From the IMG/VR virus record IMGVR_UViG_2908764845_000006, positions 1-64,000 of that record: a stretch of 64,000 nt of DNA; one strand, written 5' to 3'. Position numbers and translations under genes: made by a program. Source of the DNA: a virus. Its lineage: Duplodnaviria > Caudoviricetes. The notes under the pieces are model-generated. The model did no database searches and was not told where the DNA came from. It saw nothing but the letters and a program-made list of their open reading frames with translations. Of the stretch, positions 46,459 to 55,855 are shown one piece after another. Within the stretch, counting starts at the first letter, position 1. The number at the start of each line of letters is the position of its first letter.

Positions 46459-47025
46459 CTACGCCTTGTCTCCCTTGTCGGGAAACGCCGTCACCAGCCG
46501 AGCGAGTGTTCGCTGCGGTGGACGAATCTTCTGTAGCCGAATTTTCGGCTTTGGCAACTCGAAGCCGAGCGCCGATGCGAGCAGGTGCCCGTCGATGAAG
46601 GACGAGTCTGGAACGGGATAGTTGGTGCGCTTGATGAACTCTGTGGCGCTCGCGCCGTCCGCGAACACCACGCAGATGTAATAGTCGGCGGTGTCCTGCT
46701 GGGCGTTGGCGTTCTGCTGACGCGCGAGGTCGGCCTTCATGCCCTTGCCCTTGGCGTCGAGCTCCTTGGACTCTTCGTCAGCGGGCGAAGCGTCCCCTGC
46801 GGGGATGTCGCCGAAGGCATCGCCGAGCCTGCGCATGCGCTCGAGGTGCTCGTCCTCCGGGGAGAGCCCCTCGGGCATGTCGGCGAGCACGTCGGCCTCG
46901 TTCGGCACGAAATCGAGTGCCTTGGCGGCCTCGCGACGCTTCTTCATCGCGTCGGGGTCGAGCTTGCGCAGACCGCCGCCGCCCTCTTTCTTCTTGATGC
47001 TGAGGTTGAGCTTCTTCAGCGCCAT
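46459..47025 (-). CDS. hypothetical protein (likely partner of the PAPS-reductase-like enzyme)
   Basis: D.ADYYICVVF....EF....FIDG..LA..LG motif. Confidence 0.6.
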   Translation of the reverse strand: MALKKLNLSIKKKEGGGGLRKLDPDAMKKRREAAKALDFVPNEADVLADMPEGLSPEDEHLERMRRLGDAFGDIPAGDASPADEESKELDAKGKGMKADLARQQNANAQQDTADYYICVVFADGASATEFIKRTNYPVPDSSFIDGHLLASALGFELPKPKIRLQKIRPPQRTLARLVTAFPDKGDKA

Positions 47026-47031
47026 GGCGCG

Positions 47032-47700
47032 TCACCTCTCGACCGGCTGTCCCGCGGGCGTCGCGAAATACGGCGTCCGGTACAGCCCGAAGCGATCGAG
47101 CTTGATCTTCTTGTCGTTGTAGAGCGCGATGAAGCGATCCTGGCCGGCAGCATCGAGGTGCTGGAAGTAGAACTTCAGGTGCGCGATGCCCGAGCGCGGC
47201 TGGAATTTGACGTATTTGCCGATGTACTCGGTGCGCTCGTACGACGACAGGCCGTGTTGATCGCACAGCGCCTCGGTGAGCTCCTCGCCGCCGTCATACG
47301 GGTGCGAGGAGATCGACGTGACGTGCACCTGGCCGGCGACCGGCGACGGCACGTCGCAGTAGATCTTGTAGTTCTTGTCGGTGCCGATCACGAGCGCGCC
47401 GGCCTCGATCTGGGCGAACAGGTCGTCGGGGTGCATCGAGCCGCAATGCGAGCAGGCGCGGTGCCCATCCGGGGTCATCCACCAGTCATTGGACTTGTCC
47501 TGCGGGAGGAACGGCACTTCGAGGCGCCGCGGACAGCGGTGCCCCTCCGTGGGGTGCTTCTCGTCGACGTGCCCACGCAGTTTCCAGTAGGCGTTCGAGC
47601 CGCACTTCTCGTTCCCTGCACGGACGCCGAGGGGACTGTCAGCGTCCTCGCCCCACTTGAACACCGCGGGGCAGTACGGACATGCGTGATCGCTCGACAT
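47032..47700 (-). CDS. Cys/His-rich hypothetical protein
   Basis: CPYC, CPRR and CSHCGSMHP motifs. Confidence 0.65.
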   Translation of the reverse strand: MSSDHACPYCPAVFKWGEDADSPLGVRAGNEKCGSNAYWKLRGHVDEKHPTEGHRCPRRLEVPFLPQDKSNDWWMTPDGHRACSHCGSMHPDDLFAQIEAGALVIGTDKNYKIYCDVPSPVAGQVHVTSISSHPYDGGEELTEALCDQHGLSSYERTEYIGKYVKFQPRSGIAHLKFYFQHLDAAGQDRFIALYNDKKIKLDRFGLYRTPYFATPAGQPVER

Positions 47701-47709
47701 GAGTGCTCC

Positions 47710-48213
47710 TTAGTCGTCGCCGCCGAAGTCGATGTCGATGCCGTCACCGCCGAAGAAGCCGCCGTCGTCGACGATGTCGATACCGCTACCCACGATGACC
47801 GGGTCGACGTAGAGCGGGTCCACGATCATCGGCGCGGCGTAGACGTGAGGACCTGCCAGTGCGCTGCCGATCATCGCACCGGCCATGCCGGCGACCAGCA
47901 CGTCGCCGGCGGAGGCGCCGTGGTCGACGTGATGCACAACGGTCTGGGTAGGAGCGGCTGCGTAGACGGGCTGCGGAGCTGCGGCAGGAGCCGGGCCGGG
48001 TGACGGCGGCGTCGGGCGCGGCGCGTAGGCCGCGCCGCTCCACGGGTCGCCCCACGGGCCGCGCTGGGCCGTCGGACGCGCCTCGCTCCAGCGACGGCGC
48101 TCGCTGTTCTGCTCGCGCAGGGCCAGGATGAACCAGCCGAGGCCGAACAGCAGCGCCATGATGGCGAAAACGATCAGGAGCACGGCAAAGCCGGAGATGT
48201 GCAGGTGGTGCAT
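47710..48213 (-). CDS. membrane protein with Pro-rich linker and acidic Gly-rich tail
   Basis: N-terminal TM segment. Confidence 0.6.
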   Translation of the reverse strand: MHHLHISGFAVLLIVFAIMALLFGLGWFILALREQNSERRRWSEARPTAQRGPWGDPWSGAAYAPRPTPPSPGPAPAAAPQPVYAAAPTQTVVHHVDHGASAGDVLVAGMAGAMIGSALAGPHVYAAPMIVDPLYVDPVIVGSGIDIVDDGGFFGGDGIDIDFGGDD

Positions 48214-48350
48214 GGCGTGGGGAGCCTATGGTTGGGGGACGGAGGTGGTTGGTCAGAGCCGCGATGCGAGCAGCAGCACCAGCAGCAGGATCAGGACGGC
48301 GTTCACCGCGTGGTCGAGCGCGAGAAGCCAGAAGATGGAGCGGCGCCGCA

Positions 48351-48542
48351 TCAGAGCATCGCCTGCACTGCGGTCACCAGCGTGTGGACCGAGGAGATCA
48401 GCATCGCGACCAGGCCGACGAGCAGCGAGGTCTCCATGATGGGGTCCTTCGAGAAAGCCTTGTCATGCCACCATGCCGAGATCAGGCACACCAGCAGGCA
48501 GCCCGAAGCAAGGGTCGCTACAACGCCGACGAAGATCATCAC
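48351..48542 (-). CDS. small two-TM protein
   Basis: Hydrophobic coupled ORF. Confidence 0.5.
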   Translation of the reverse strand: MMIFVGVVATLASGCLLVCLISAWWHDKAFSKDPIMETSLLVGLVAMLISSVHTLVTAVQAML

Positions 48543-48724
48543 TGCCTCTGGAACATCCGGAATACATCGAGCCGGGTCACGCCGATCTCGTCGGCGACTT
48601 CCTGCATTGTCTTGCCACGGGCGCGCAGCTGCAGCGCCTTCTTGATGAGTGCATCTTGGACGGCGTGGCTGACAGTCTGCATGGACACCTTCGGTTCAAG
48701 GTCGCGGGGGATGGGGCGGCTCAT
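48539..48724 (-). CDS. small HTH protein
   Basis: GKTMQEVADEIGVTR. Confidence 0.6.
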   Translation of the reverse strand: MSRPIPRDLEPKVSMQTVSHAVQDALIKKALQLRARGKTMQEVADEIGVTRLDVFRMFQRQ

Positions 48725-49461
48725 GCCGGAGCGTCCGGGCTGGTGAGCCGCTGGTTGATCTCGCAACGGAGCAGCTCCGCGCGAGCGAGCGGGAGCCAGT
48801 CGCAGATGCGCTCGAAGTCGCGCGGGAAACGCTCCTTGAGCGGGATCAGGTAGAGGTAGGAGAAGCCGTCCAGCGAGCGCGGCAGGAAGGTGTAATCGGG
48901 AGGCAGCGAGACGCCGCTCTTCTCGATCTCGTCCATCAGGCGGCCCTTGGTCCAGTCCCATATGGGCGCCCAGTTGCCGACGGTCGGGCGGATCGCGCCA
49001 TGCTTTCGGATCGACATGAAGCGGATCGCGTTGTCGAGCGCGCGGATGCCGGTGGCCGAGAGGATCGTGCCCTCGATGCCCTCCTGCTGCTTGACCATCT
49101 CGACCACGTCCTTGTGGTCGAGGCGCGGGATGGAGGCCGCGGCCAGGATCTGCGCGCGGCGCATCGGCTGGAACAGGCCGTTGGAGAAGTGCTTGTAGAA
49201 CACCGGGTGCGGCAGGCGCAGGATTTTGCGGCCGAACAGCTTGCGCTCGTAGTAGTCGAGGCTCTCGTCGATAAACTCGAGCCCGGGGATGTCGTCGTAG
49301 TAGAACGGGATCATCTCGATCTTGTCGCGCAGGCCCAAGGCCACCGCGATCGAGTCCTTGCCACGCGAGAAAGCGATCAAGGTCTTGTCGCCGTATCGCT
49401 CCTTGTATTCGGCGATCAGCGCGTCACCGCGGGAGTGAGGGATCTTGTCGAGGCCGCTCAC
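48721..49461 (-). CDS. PAPS-reductase-like (PP-loop/HUP) enzyme
   Basis: AFSRGKDS, TGIRA.D and PIWDW motifs. Confidence 0.8.
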   Translation of the reverse strand: MSGLDKIPHSRGDALIAEYKERYGDKTLIAFSRGKDSIAVALGLRDKIEMIPFYYDDIPGLEFIDESLDYYERKLFGRKILRLPHPVFYKHFSNGLFQPMRRAQILAAASIPRLDHKDVVEMVKQQEGIEGTILSATGIRALDNAIRFMSIRKHGAIRPTVGNWAPIWDWTKGRLMDEIEKSGVSLPPDYTFLPRSLDGFSYLYLIPLKERFPRDFERICDWLPLARAELLRCEINQRLTSPDAPA

Positions 49462-49919
49462 TGCCGGGGCCTCCGAAGTGTCAGCTTGGCGTGCATCCGG
49501 TTCGGATCATCGGGGTCGCGCCAGCACTCGATCTCCGGCTTGGGCATCAGGATGTCCATGAACGGCCGAATGACCTCGGAGAGCTGGGCGCGGGTGAGGA
49601 CGCCGTCCCCTGCCCGTTCCATGATCTCGGCGTGGATGATCTCGCCGACGAGGTCGAGCTTCGGAAGCTGCGCTGTCACTTCTTGCGACCCCCTCAGTTC
49701 ACGATAGGCGAAGGCGATGTCCCTGACCTCGATGTCGAGCTTCTTGATGTGCGCGTCGCGCAACTCGAGCTCGCGCGTGGCGGAGCGGCGAAGGTCCGCC
49801 AGCGCCGATTTGAGGAAATCGTTCTCGTCCTTCAGCGCGCGGACCTGCCGGCGCAGCTTGACGAACGAGTTGTCCGGGGCGGAGCCCGTGCTGACCTTGA
49901 CGATGTAGGGCTGCTTCAC
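49458..49919 (-). CDS. coiled-coil hypothetical protein
   Basis: Coupled ORF with GTG start. Confidence 0.55.
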   Translation of the reverse strand: MKQPYIVKVSTGSAPDNSFVKLRRQVRALKDENDFLKSALADLRRSATRELELRDAHIKKLDIEVRDIAFAYRELRGSQEVTAQLPKLDLVGEIIHAEIMERAGDGVLTRAQLSEVIRPFMDILMPKPEIECWRDPDDPNRMHAKLTLRRPRQ

Positions 49920-50350
49920 GAGGCGAGCGCCCGCAGATACTCGAGCACCTGGCTCGACGTGCCTTGGAAGTGGCCCATTGCGGTGGCGCGCTCCTGATAG
50001 GTGCGCTGCCGGGTGAGGTGCCCGGCAGGGAGCTCCCTCCCCTCGCGCGCCCAGTAGCGCTGGCGGATCACCTCGGGGTGCTCCTGAATGAACACCGGCG
50101 TGACGTGGAAGCCGACATGCTCCAGCGGCGCGACGATCTGCGACATCGAGAACGGCGTCTCGATCAGCAGCGGCCGTTTCGCGGTGTGCGACTGCCGGCA
50201 AATCTCGGCGGTGTAGGAGGCGCCCGGCGCTGCCTTGAACTGATCGTGCGGCACGTAGTGGTAGAGGCCGGCGAGCTGGCCGCAGACCCACGACTTGCCC
50301 GAGCCCGGGCAGCCGACGACCAAGAAGGCGGTGAGGTTCGCCGGGATCAT
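49916..50350 (-). CDS. small P-loop kinase-like protein
   Basis: VVGCPGSGKS. Confidence 0.7.
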   Translation of the reverse strand: MIPANLTAFLVVGCPGSGKSWVCGQLAGLYHYVPHDQFKAAPGASYTAEICRQSHTAKRPLLIETPFSMSQIVAPLEHVGFHVTPVFIQEHPEVIRQRYWAREGRELPAGHLTRQRTYQERATAMGHFQGTSSQVLEYLRALAS

Positions 50351-50697
50351 CAGGCGACCCCGCTCAGCAGCGCGCAGAACCAGATCAGCTTGCATACGAC
50401 GTGGAGCGACTGGTCGGTGTTGTAGCCGATGCGGTTGCGGCACTTGGTGAAGTCGATCACCGCGTGGGCGACGAGCTCGGCGACTGCGAGGAGCCACGAA
50501 CCGGTGGCGAGCTTGACGGCTCCGGCGTGGATCGCGGCGTGCGCGAGCAGCGCGCCCGGCCAGATCGTCTCGGCCGGAACGAGGACGGGTGACCAGCCCG
50601 GGTTCTTGGCCTTCGACAGCCAGTCGCCCTGCAGCGGATAGTCCGCTACCGCGTGGCCGATCAGCATCCAGAACAGGGGGCCGAGAGCATCCAGCAT
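50350..50697 (-). CDS. DUF3307-like membrane protein
   Basis: H..ADYPLQ, H..IH, H..ID..K and DQ.LH motifs. Confidence 0.8.
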   Translation of the reverse strand: MLDALGPLFWMLIGHAVADYPLQGDWLSKAKNPGWSPVLVPAETIWPGALLAHAAIHAGAVKLATGSWLLAVAELVAHAVIDFTKCRNRIGYNTDQSLHVVCKLIWFCALLSGVA

Positions 50698-50698
50698 G

Positions 50699-50908
50699 TC
50701 AGGCGGCCTTCTGCTCGCGCGTGCCGAGCTGGCACTTCCAGCCGGCGAGGCGCTCGGCGGGATGCTGCTTCATCCACTCGGCGATCGCCGGCAGACCGAC
50801 CATGCACTGGGTCATGGTCATCGGCTGGAAGTCGGAGTTGGTCACGGTGACCTCGTGGCAGTCCGCGGGGGCCGCGAGGCTGCACAGGGTCGCGATGATC
50901 TTGATCAT
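50699..50908 (-). CDS. small Cys-containing protein
   Basis: Coupled ORF. Confidence 0.55.
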   Translation of the reverse strand: MIKIIATLCSLAAPADCHEVTVTNSDFQPMTMTQCMVGLPAIAEWMKQHPAERLAGWKCQLGTREQKAA

Positions 50909-51135
50909 TGGGGGCGGCCTTCCGGAAATTCCCAGCGATCGCAGGTCCTGTGATGGTCCTCGATCGGGATGTGCGTGTAGATCGGCATGGTGCAGCCATT
51001 GCCGCACGAGATGCTGCCGGTCTGGACCGGCATCATCCACGTGGACGTCTCCTCGTGATCGGCGAGGCACTGGCCGCGGTCGATGCCGCAGCCGGCGAGC
51101 AGCAGCGCGCCGAGCAGCATGAAGGTCCGTGTCAT
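50905..51135 (-). CDS. small lipoprotein
   Basis: LLAGC lipobox. Confidence 0.6.
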   Translation of the reverse strand: MTRTFMLLGALLLAGCGIDRGQCLADHEETSTWMMPVQTGSISCGNGCTMPIYTHIPIEDHHRTCDRWEFPEGRPQ

Positions 51136-51314
51136 CGGGGGTCCTTGCGGTGCGCCGCGAGTAGCGCGTCGATGAATGGTCTCGACTTCGCCGCCATCTC
51201 GGCGGAGAGCTTCTTCTTCCAGTCGGGGCCGTACTTGGCCTTCTGGATCGCGACGAACTCGCGGAGGATCGCCTTCACCTCGTCGGAGGGCTCCGGACGG
51301 GGAGCCTCACTCAT
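51132..51314 (-). CDS. small hypothetical protein
   Basis: Coupled ORF. Confidence 0.5.
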   Translation of the reverse strand: MSEAPRPEPSDEVKAILREFVAIQKAKYGPDWKKKLSAEMAAKSRPFIDALLAAHRKDPR

Positions 51315-51678
51315 CGGCGTGGCCGTGGCAGACGATGTGCCCACACCGGGGACACGTCGAGCGCAGCTCCGGCTGACCTTGGTCGATCACCGGAAACTCG
51401 ATGCCGTGAAGCTCCGCGGCGCGCAGCTCGAACTTGATGAGCGCGACCCGCAACGCGGAGAGGATCAGGCTGTTGTGGCGGCTCGGGACCTGGCCGTTGA
51501 GATACTTCACCCGGTCGATCAGGACGCGCAGCACCTCCTGACTGTTGGTACCGCCGTGAGGCCGGCCCTCGTTGCCGGGATAGCCCTCGCCGACCCGCTT
51601 CATGAACTGGATCAGGGACTGGGGCGCGCCGTCGTAGCCGTCGACGGCGTAGAGGTGGCCCTTCTCGACGACTTCCAT
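51307..51678 (-). CDS. Tad1/Acb2-like signalling-nucleotide sponge (putative)
   Basis: GHLY..IQF..G..G...QEVL..LIDR..YL....SR.N.L....L..AL pattern resembles Tad1. Confidence 0.55.
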   Translation of the reverse strand: MEVVEKGHLYAVDGYDGAPQSLIQFMKRVGEGYPGNEGRPHGGTNSQEVLRVLIDRVKYLNGQVPSRHNSLILSALRVALIKFELRAAELHGIEFPVIDQGQPELRSTCPRCGHIVCHGHADE

Positions 51679-51872
51679 CACGGCGCCTCGCCGAACTTGG
51701 TCACGCGCGCCTTGGCGATGTACCAGCCGTCGAAGGTGCCGACGAGCACGGCGACGTAGCCCGTGATCCAGGCTAGGTAGTAGTAGCCGTGCTCCGCCAG
51801 CGCGACGCAGATGCAGATCAGGATCTCGGCGACCGTCAGGAGGCCGACGATGATGTTGGTCTCGTTGATCAT
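51678..51872 (-). CDS. small membrane protein
   Basis: Two hydrophobic helices. Confidence 0.5.
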   Translation of the reverse strand: MINETNIIVGLLTVAEILICICVALAEHGYYYLAWITGYVAVLVGTFDGWYIAKARVTKFGEAP

Positions 51873-52198
51873 CACGCCACCGGCGCCGCGAGGCGAGCCA
51901 TGTGGGTGCGACCGACCTTGGTCGGGCCCCGGTAGGGCTCCGGGTTCTCGACGGGCTCGCAGAGTGCCGGGCACTTGCCGTGGCGCCCGAGCGGGGCACT
52001 GCAGTTCGAGCAGCGCCCGGCCGCCTTGAGGTCGGCCGGGCCAGCCTCGACGAACCGCGTGATGCTGAAGGGCCGCTCGAAACCGGTCAGGTGATAGTTG
52101 CCGTCGCGGTGGTTGGCGATCCAGACCTCGTAGAGGCGACCAACGGTGAGTTCGTCACGCACAAGCGTGTTGTCGATGCACTTCACGAAGAGGGGCAT
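51872..52198 (-). CDS. hypothetical protein with C-terminal CxxC..CxxxC
   Basis: ORF with GGAG upstream. Confidence 0.55.
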   Translation of the reverse strand: MPLFVKCIDNTLVRDELTVGRLYEVWIANHRDGNYHLTGFERPFSITRFVEAGPADLKAAGRCSNCSAPLGRHGKCPALCEPVENPEPYRGPTKVGRTHMARLAAPVA

Positions 52199-52259
52199 GG
52201 TGGATGGTCTCCGGGGTGTGACCCGCGTCGATGGTCAGTCGGTGCGGGAGGTCAGGCGA

Positions 52260-52637
52260 TCAGAGCAGCGGCACCAGCACGTTCACCTCGTCGACCTGCA
52301 ACAGACCGGCGCGTGATGGATGCGGGTCATGGGCGAGCTTGCCGCCGCGATAGACCACTGCGTGGAGCACGCCCCGCTCGGCGGGGCCGTAGGCGAGATA
52401 GTGGACGCCCGAGGTGCGCAGCCAGTAGTCGAAGTCGCCGTTGCGCAGGGCCAGGATCGCCATGCCGCGCGAACGCACGAAGTTGTTGAAGCCGGCCCAG
52501 AAGCCCTCTTCGCAATCGTGGAAGTTTGGTACCTGATGGAGCGGCAGCTCCAAGATCGAGGCGACGGCGGCCTGCTGGCAGTTGCCGCGAGCGCCGGTCT
52601 CCCTGTCGTGGAATTTGTCTTGGTCGACGGGCTTCAT
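52260..52637 (-). CDS. phage hypothetical protein (papain-like Cys/His/Asp pattern)
   Basis: GNC...AVASIL; HAVV; HDP. Confidence 0.6.
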   Translation of the reverse strand: MKPVDQDKFHDRETGARGNCQQAAVASILELPLHQVPNFHDCEEGFWAGFNNFVRSRGMAILALRNGDFDYWLRTSGVHYLAYGPAERGVLHAVVYRGGKLAHDPHPSRAGLLQVDEVNVLVPLL

Positions 52638-52715
52638 CGCGATCCTGATCTGTGGTTAACGCGCGTCCGTCGCCATGTGGGTCGACGCGACACGACCGCC
52701 CCCTGAACTAGCAGT

Positions 52716-52937
52716 GTGAAGATGGACCACCTGAAAACGATACACGCCAAGGCTGGCGAGGACGCGCGACCGACCGGCATGGTCCGCTTCAAACACATCA
52801 CGCGAACGTCGGGCCGCCTCCAATACCAATTCCGCGGATCGAAGGGCCTGATCTGGATCGACGTTCCCCACGTGGACGCCAAGGGCCGCGAGATCGGGGC
52901 GTTCGACCTCATGCCCGTCTCGGGCCGGGCGAACTGA
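52716..52937 (+). CDS. small antisense hypothetical protein
   Basis: ORF fills an intergenic gap. Confidence 0.45.
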   Translation: MKMDHLKTIHAKAGEDARPTGMVRFKHITRTSGRLQYQFRGSKGLIWIDVPHVDAKGREIGAFDLMPVSGRAN

Positions 52938-53301
52938 AGCTCAGCGCGTCACGGCTCCGACGACGCGCTCGCATGCGTCGCACATGAAGTACGGCTCATC
53001 GAAGCGACAGAGCTTGCCGCAGGTCGTGCATTCGACCGCCGGCAGGAACGTGATGTGCGTCGGCTTGACCGTGATCGGCCGGTTGATCTGCTTGAGGAGC
53101 TGCAGCAGGCTCTCCTCGGTGAGCGGCTTGGCCTCGTCGGCCGGATTGCGCAGCGGCCCGATGTCGATCTTCACAGCTCGACGCCTCGCCGTTCGAGCTC
53201 GTCCTCGACCGCGGTGAAGGCGCCCTCGAGGGGCGCGAGCATCATCGCCATCGTCGCGATCATGGCGTTGCGCCATGCGAGCAGGAACAGGGTCGGGATC
53301 A

Positions 53302-53700
53302 TCACAGCTCCTGCAATGCGGGCTTGGATCGCGGCGGGATGACCGAGAGGTCGATCTCGCCGATGAAGCCGCCATGCACCAGCGTGTAGGCGACGCGGCC
53401 GTGGGGCTTCCTGCCGAAGTTCTCGTCCGAGCTGGCCTTGCCGAGGATGTGGCAGCGGCCGAGCAGGCCGTCTGCCGAGAGCGCCTCGCAGATCGCCATG
53501 ACGAGATCGCCGTGCGAGGACGCCTCCTCGGTCCACGCCACCGCGATCAGGTCGATGTCGCGGGCGAGGCTGCCGTGCACGGCGACCGCGTAACCGCGGT
53601 CGCGCGCCACCGTCCGGATCGTCGGCAGCATGCTGTCGAGCAGCGACTGGCAGAACGCGCCGGTCGCGAAGCGGACGGCTACGGGCTGGGTGTCTTTCAC
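53302..53700 (-). CDS. minimal nucleotidyltransferase-like protein
   Basis: HGSLARDIDL (GS..DxD) plus later IDLS. Confidence 0.55.
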   Translation of the reverse strand: MKDTQPVAVRFATGAFCQSLLDSMLPTIRTVARDRGYAVAVHGSLARDIDLIAVAWTEEASSHGDLVMAICEALSADGLLGRCHILGKASSDENFGRKPHGRVAYTLVHGGFIGEIDLSVIPPRSKPALQEL

Positions 53701-53847
53701 AGGATCAGCACTCGATGAGGAAGATCAGGAACAGACACCAGCCCCAGCCGTCATGACCGGAATAGCCGATGGCGCCTGCGGCGATGGCAAGCGCCACCGA
53801 CACCCAGTGCACGTTGACGGGCGCGAACCGGCGGATCAGTTGCTCTT

Positions 53848-54264
53848 TCACTTGCTCTTGCCCGGCGCCGGCGGGAACAGCGACGCTGCCACCTTGATCT
53901 CGAAGGTGCTGTCGTCGATCTTGCGGACCACGCCGCGCTCGTCGTCGAACATATCGTCACCCAGCCGGGGGACGTAGCCGAACGAGAACACGAAGGCGTG
54001 CATCAGCTCGCGCGGCTTGATCGCGGCCTCCGACGTGGAGCCGGTGATGCGGATCTTGCCGAGGTCGTCGCCGGTCCCGAGCTGGAGCACGTATCGCTCC
54101 GCCTTGGCGGCGCCGCAGACCGTGGTCGGGATCGAGACCATCAGCTGGGGCTCGGTGCCCGGCTTGGACTGCCCGGTGCCGCGCACCTTGGGACGCATGT
54201 AGGTCAGCTTCGCCATCGGCGGCTGATTGGTCTTGGTGACCGTCTCGATCTCTTCAAAGGCCAT
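53848..54264 (-). CDS. hypothetical protein
   Basis: ORF with AGGA RBS. Confidence 0.6.
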   Translation of the reverse strand: MAFEEIETVTKTNQPPMAKLTYMRPKVRGTGQSKPGTEPQLMVSIPTTVCGAAKAERYVLQLGTGDDLGKIRITGSTSEAAIKPRELMHAFVFSFGYVPRLGDDMFDDERGVVRKIDDSTFEIKVAASLFPPAPGKSK

Positions 54265-54533
54265 TGGTCTGGTCCTTGGGGTGATGCAGTGGGGGACTGC
54301 GTGGAGCACCCAGCCATATGCGCGTCAGTGAGAGGCGGGCCGGGTCAATGAGGCGCCGCGTTAGCGGCTGAAGTCGAAGGTCTCGTCGCGTACCGGCTGG
54401 GGGCGCGAGAGCATCCACGACCATTCGGTGAACGACATCGAGAGCAGCAGCTTGCCGTCCTTCTCGATGTAGATCCGCTCGTGCTTGGCGGACTGGTAGA
54501 TCTGGTGCGGGTTGGAGGGCACTGCCGGGGCGC

Positions 54534-54740
54534 TCATGCTAACGAGGTCACCTTGTGCAGCGTCTTGAAGTGCAGCTCGGCGCGCTGGATTTGCCGCTTG
54601 AGGTCGAGCCACATCACCTTGATGTGGTTGTCGCCAGCGCCGATGACTGTCATCGGCGTGTACGGCTGACCCTTCATGGCGACAACGTCGCCAATCGCGA
54701 CGTCGCTCGCGCTCTCGATGTCAACGCGAACCTCGGCCAT
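54534..54740 (-). CDS. DUF2158/YodC-like small protein
   Basis: IGDVV.MKG..PMTV....W.D. Confidence 0.6.
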   Translation of the reverse strand: MAEVRVDIESASDVAIGDVVAMKGQPYTPMTVIGAGDNHIKVMWLDLKRQIQRAELHFKTLHKVTSLA

Positions 54741-55269
54741 CAGCGCGACGCCTTCGCTCGTCGGCGAACTCGGCGGTGGTGATCGAGCCGGCGCTGTGCG
54801 CCGACCCGACGTACATCAGTGCGATCAGGATGTAGGCAGGCATGGGGGACCGTGGGGATTGTTGTGGAGGCTTGCAGACCCCCGACGATGTTTCGCCCCA
54901 TCGCCTTACAGCGGGCTGGTTTGGTCGCCGATTTCTTTGCCTTCAGTCGGGACGCGCCTTTCTCCGACATCCGCTGTGGAGGGCATCTCTCCCCCGCTCC
55001 GGGCACGTGGCTCCCCGGTCAGCGCGGCTTGCATGGCGGGGTCCGTTGACCGAGCCGTTGCCACGGCAGTCTCGGGCGGATACCCCTGGGTGTGTGAAGT
55101 GAAACGCGACAGCCCGCCCTATACGGCGTCCCGACCGCGCACGGGCGCGGCGGGCGAGCTATGTGGGCGAGAGAGCCAGGCGGTGTCGCTTGGCGTCAAC
55201 GAAGCGAAACGGGCCGGGACGCCCGGCTCTCTCGTGAGGTCGGGGCTACGCGATACAAGCGCCCCTATC

Positions 55270-55346
<77 letters not shown>

Positions 55347-55353
55347 GAAAACT

Positions 55354-55620
55354 CTAGCAGTTGAAGTGCTCGATCGTTGCGATCAGCAGGTTCGAGCGGC
55401 AGATGTCTTGGTTCATGTTGAACCAAACGACCGCCGCGATGTGACCCTCGATGTGCTCGATGGTGACCGGCACGTCGTCGCCCTTGGTCGTGACGACGTC
55501 GCCGACGTTGAAGTCGTGCTCGGGCACCGTCCGCGGATCGGCTTCGACGCGCTTGCTGGTGTTGGTGCCGGACTCGATGATGGTCTCGACGACATCGTCG
55601 CCGGTGGCCTGATGGGTCAC
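55354..55620 (-). CDS. DUF2158/YodC-like small protein
   Basis: FNVGDVV..KG..PVTI....WF. Confidence 0.6.
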   Translation of the reverse strand: MTHQATGDDVVETIIESGTNTSKRVEADPRTVPEHDFNVGDVVTTKGDDVPVTIEHIEGHIAAVVWFNMNQDICRSNLLIATIEHFNC

Positions 55621-55855
55621 TGGTGGGGTCTCTTTCTACTGTGGGGGAAAGGTGTCCAACGAGGGCCGCTTGCGGTACCTGAAACGCTGACTTGACCAGC
55701 GGCCCGTAGCGCCCACCCTCGTTGAACTGCGCCAGTCCGCGAACAGGGCTGCTGGCGAATTGATGCGGCGGTGTTTTTCGGCCGAAGCCTCTGCCTACCA
55801 TTAAGCGCCCCGCAAACGGCGCACCGCGAGAGGGCCCATCGTGGGGCCCTTTGAA

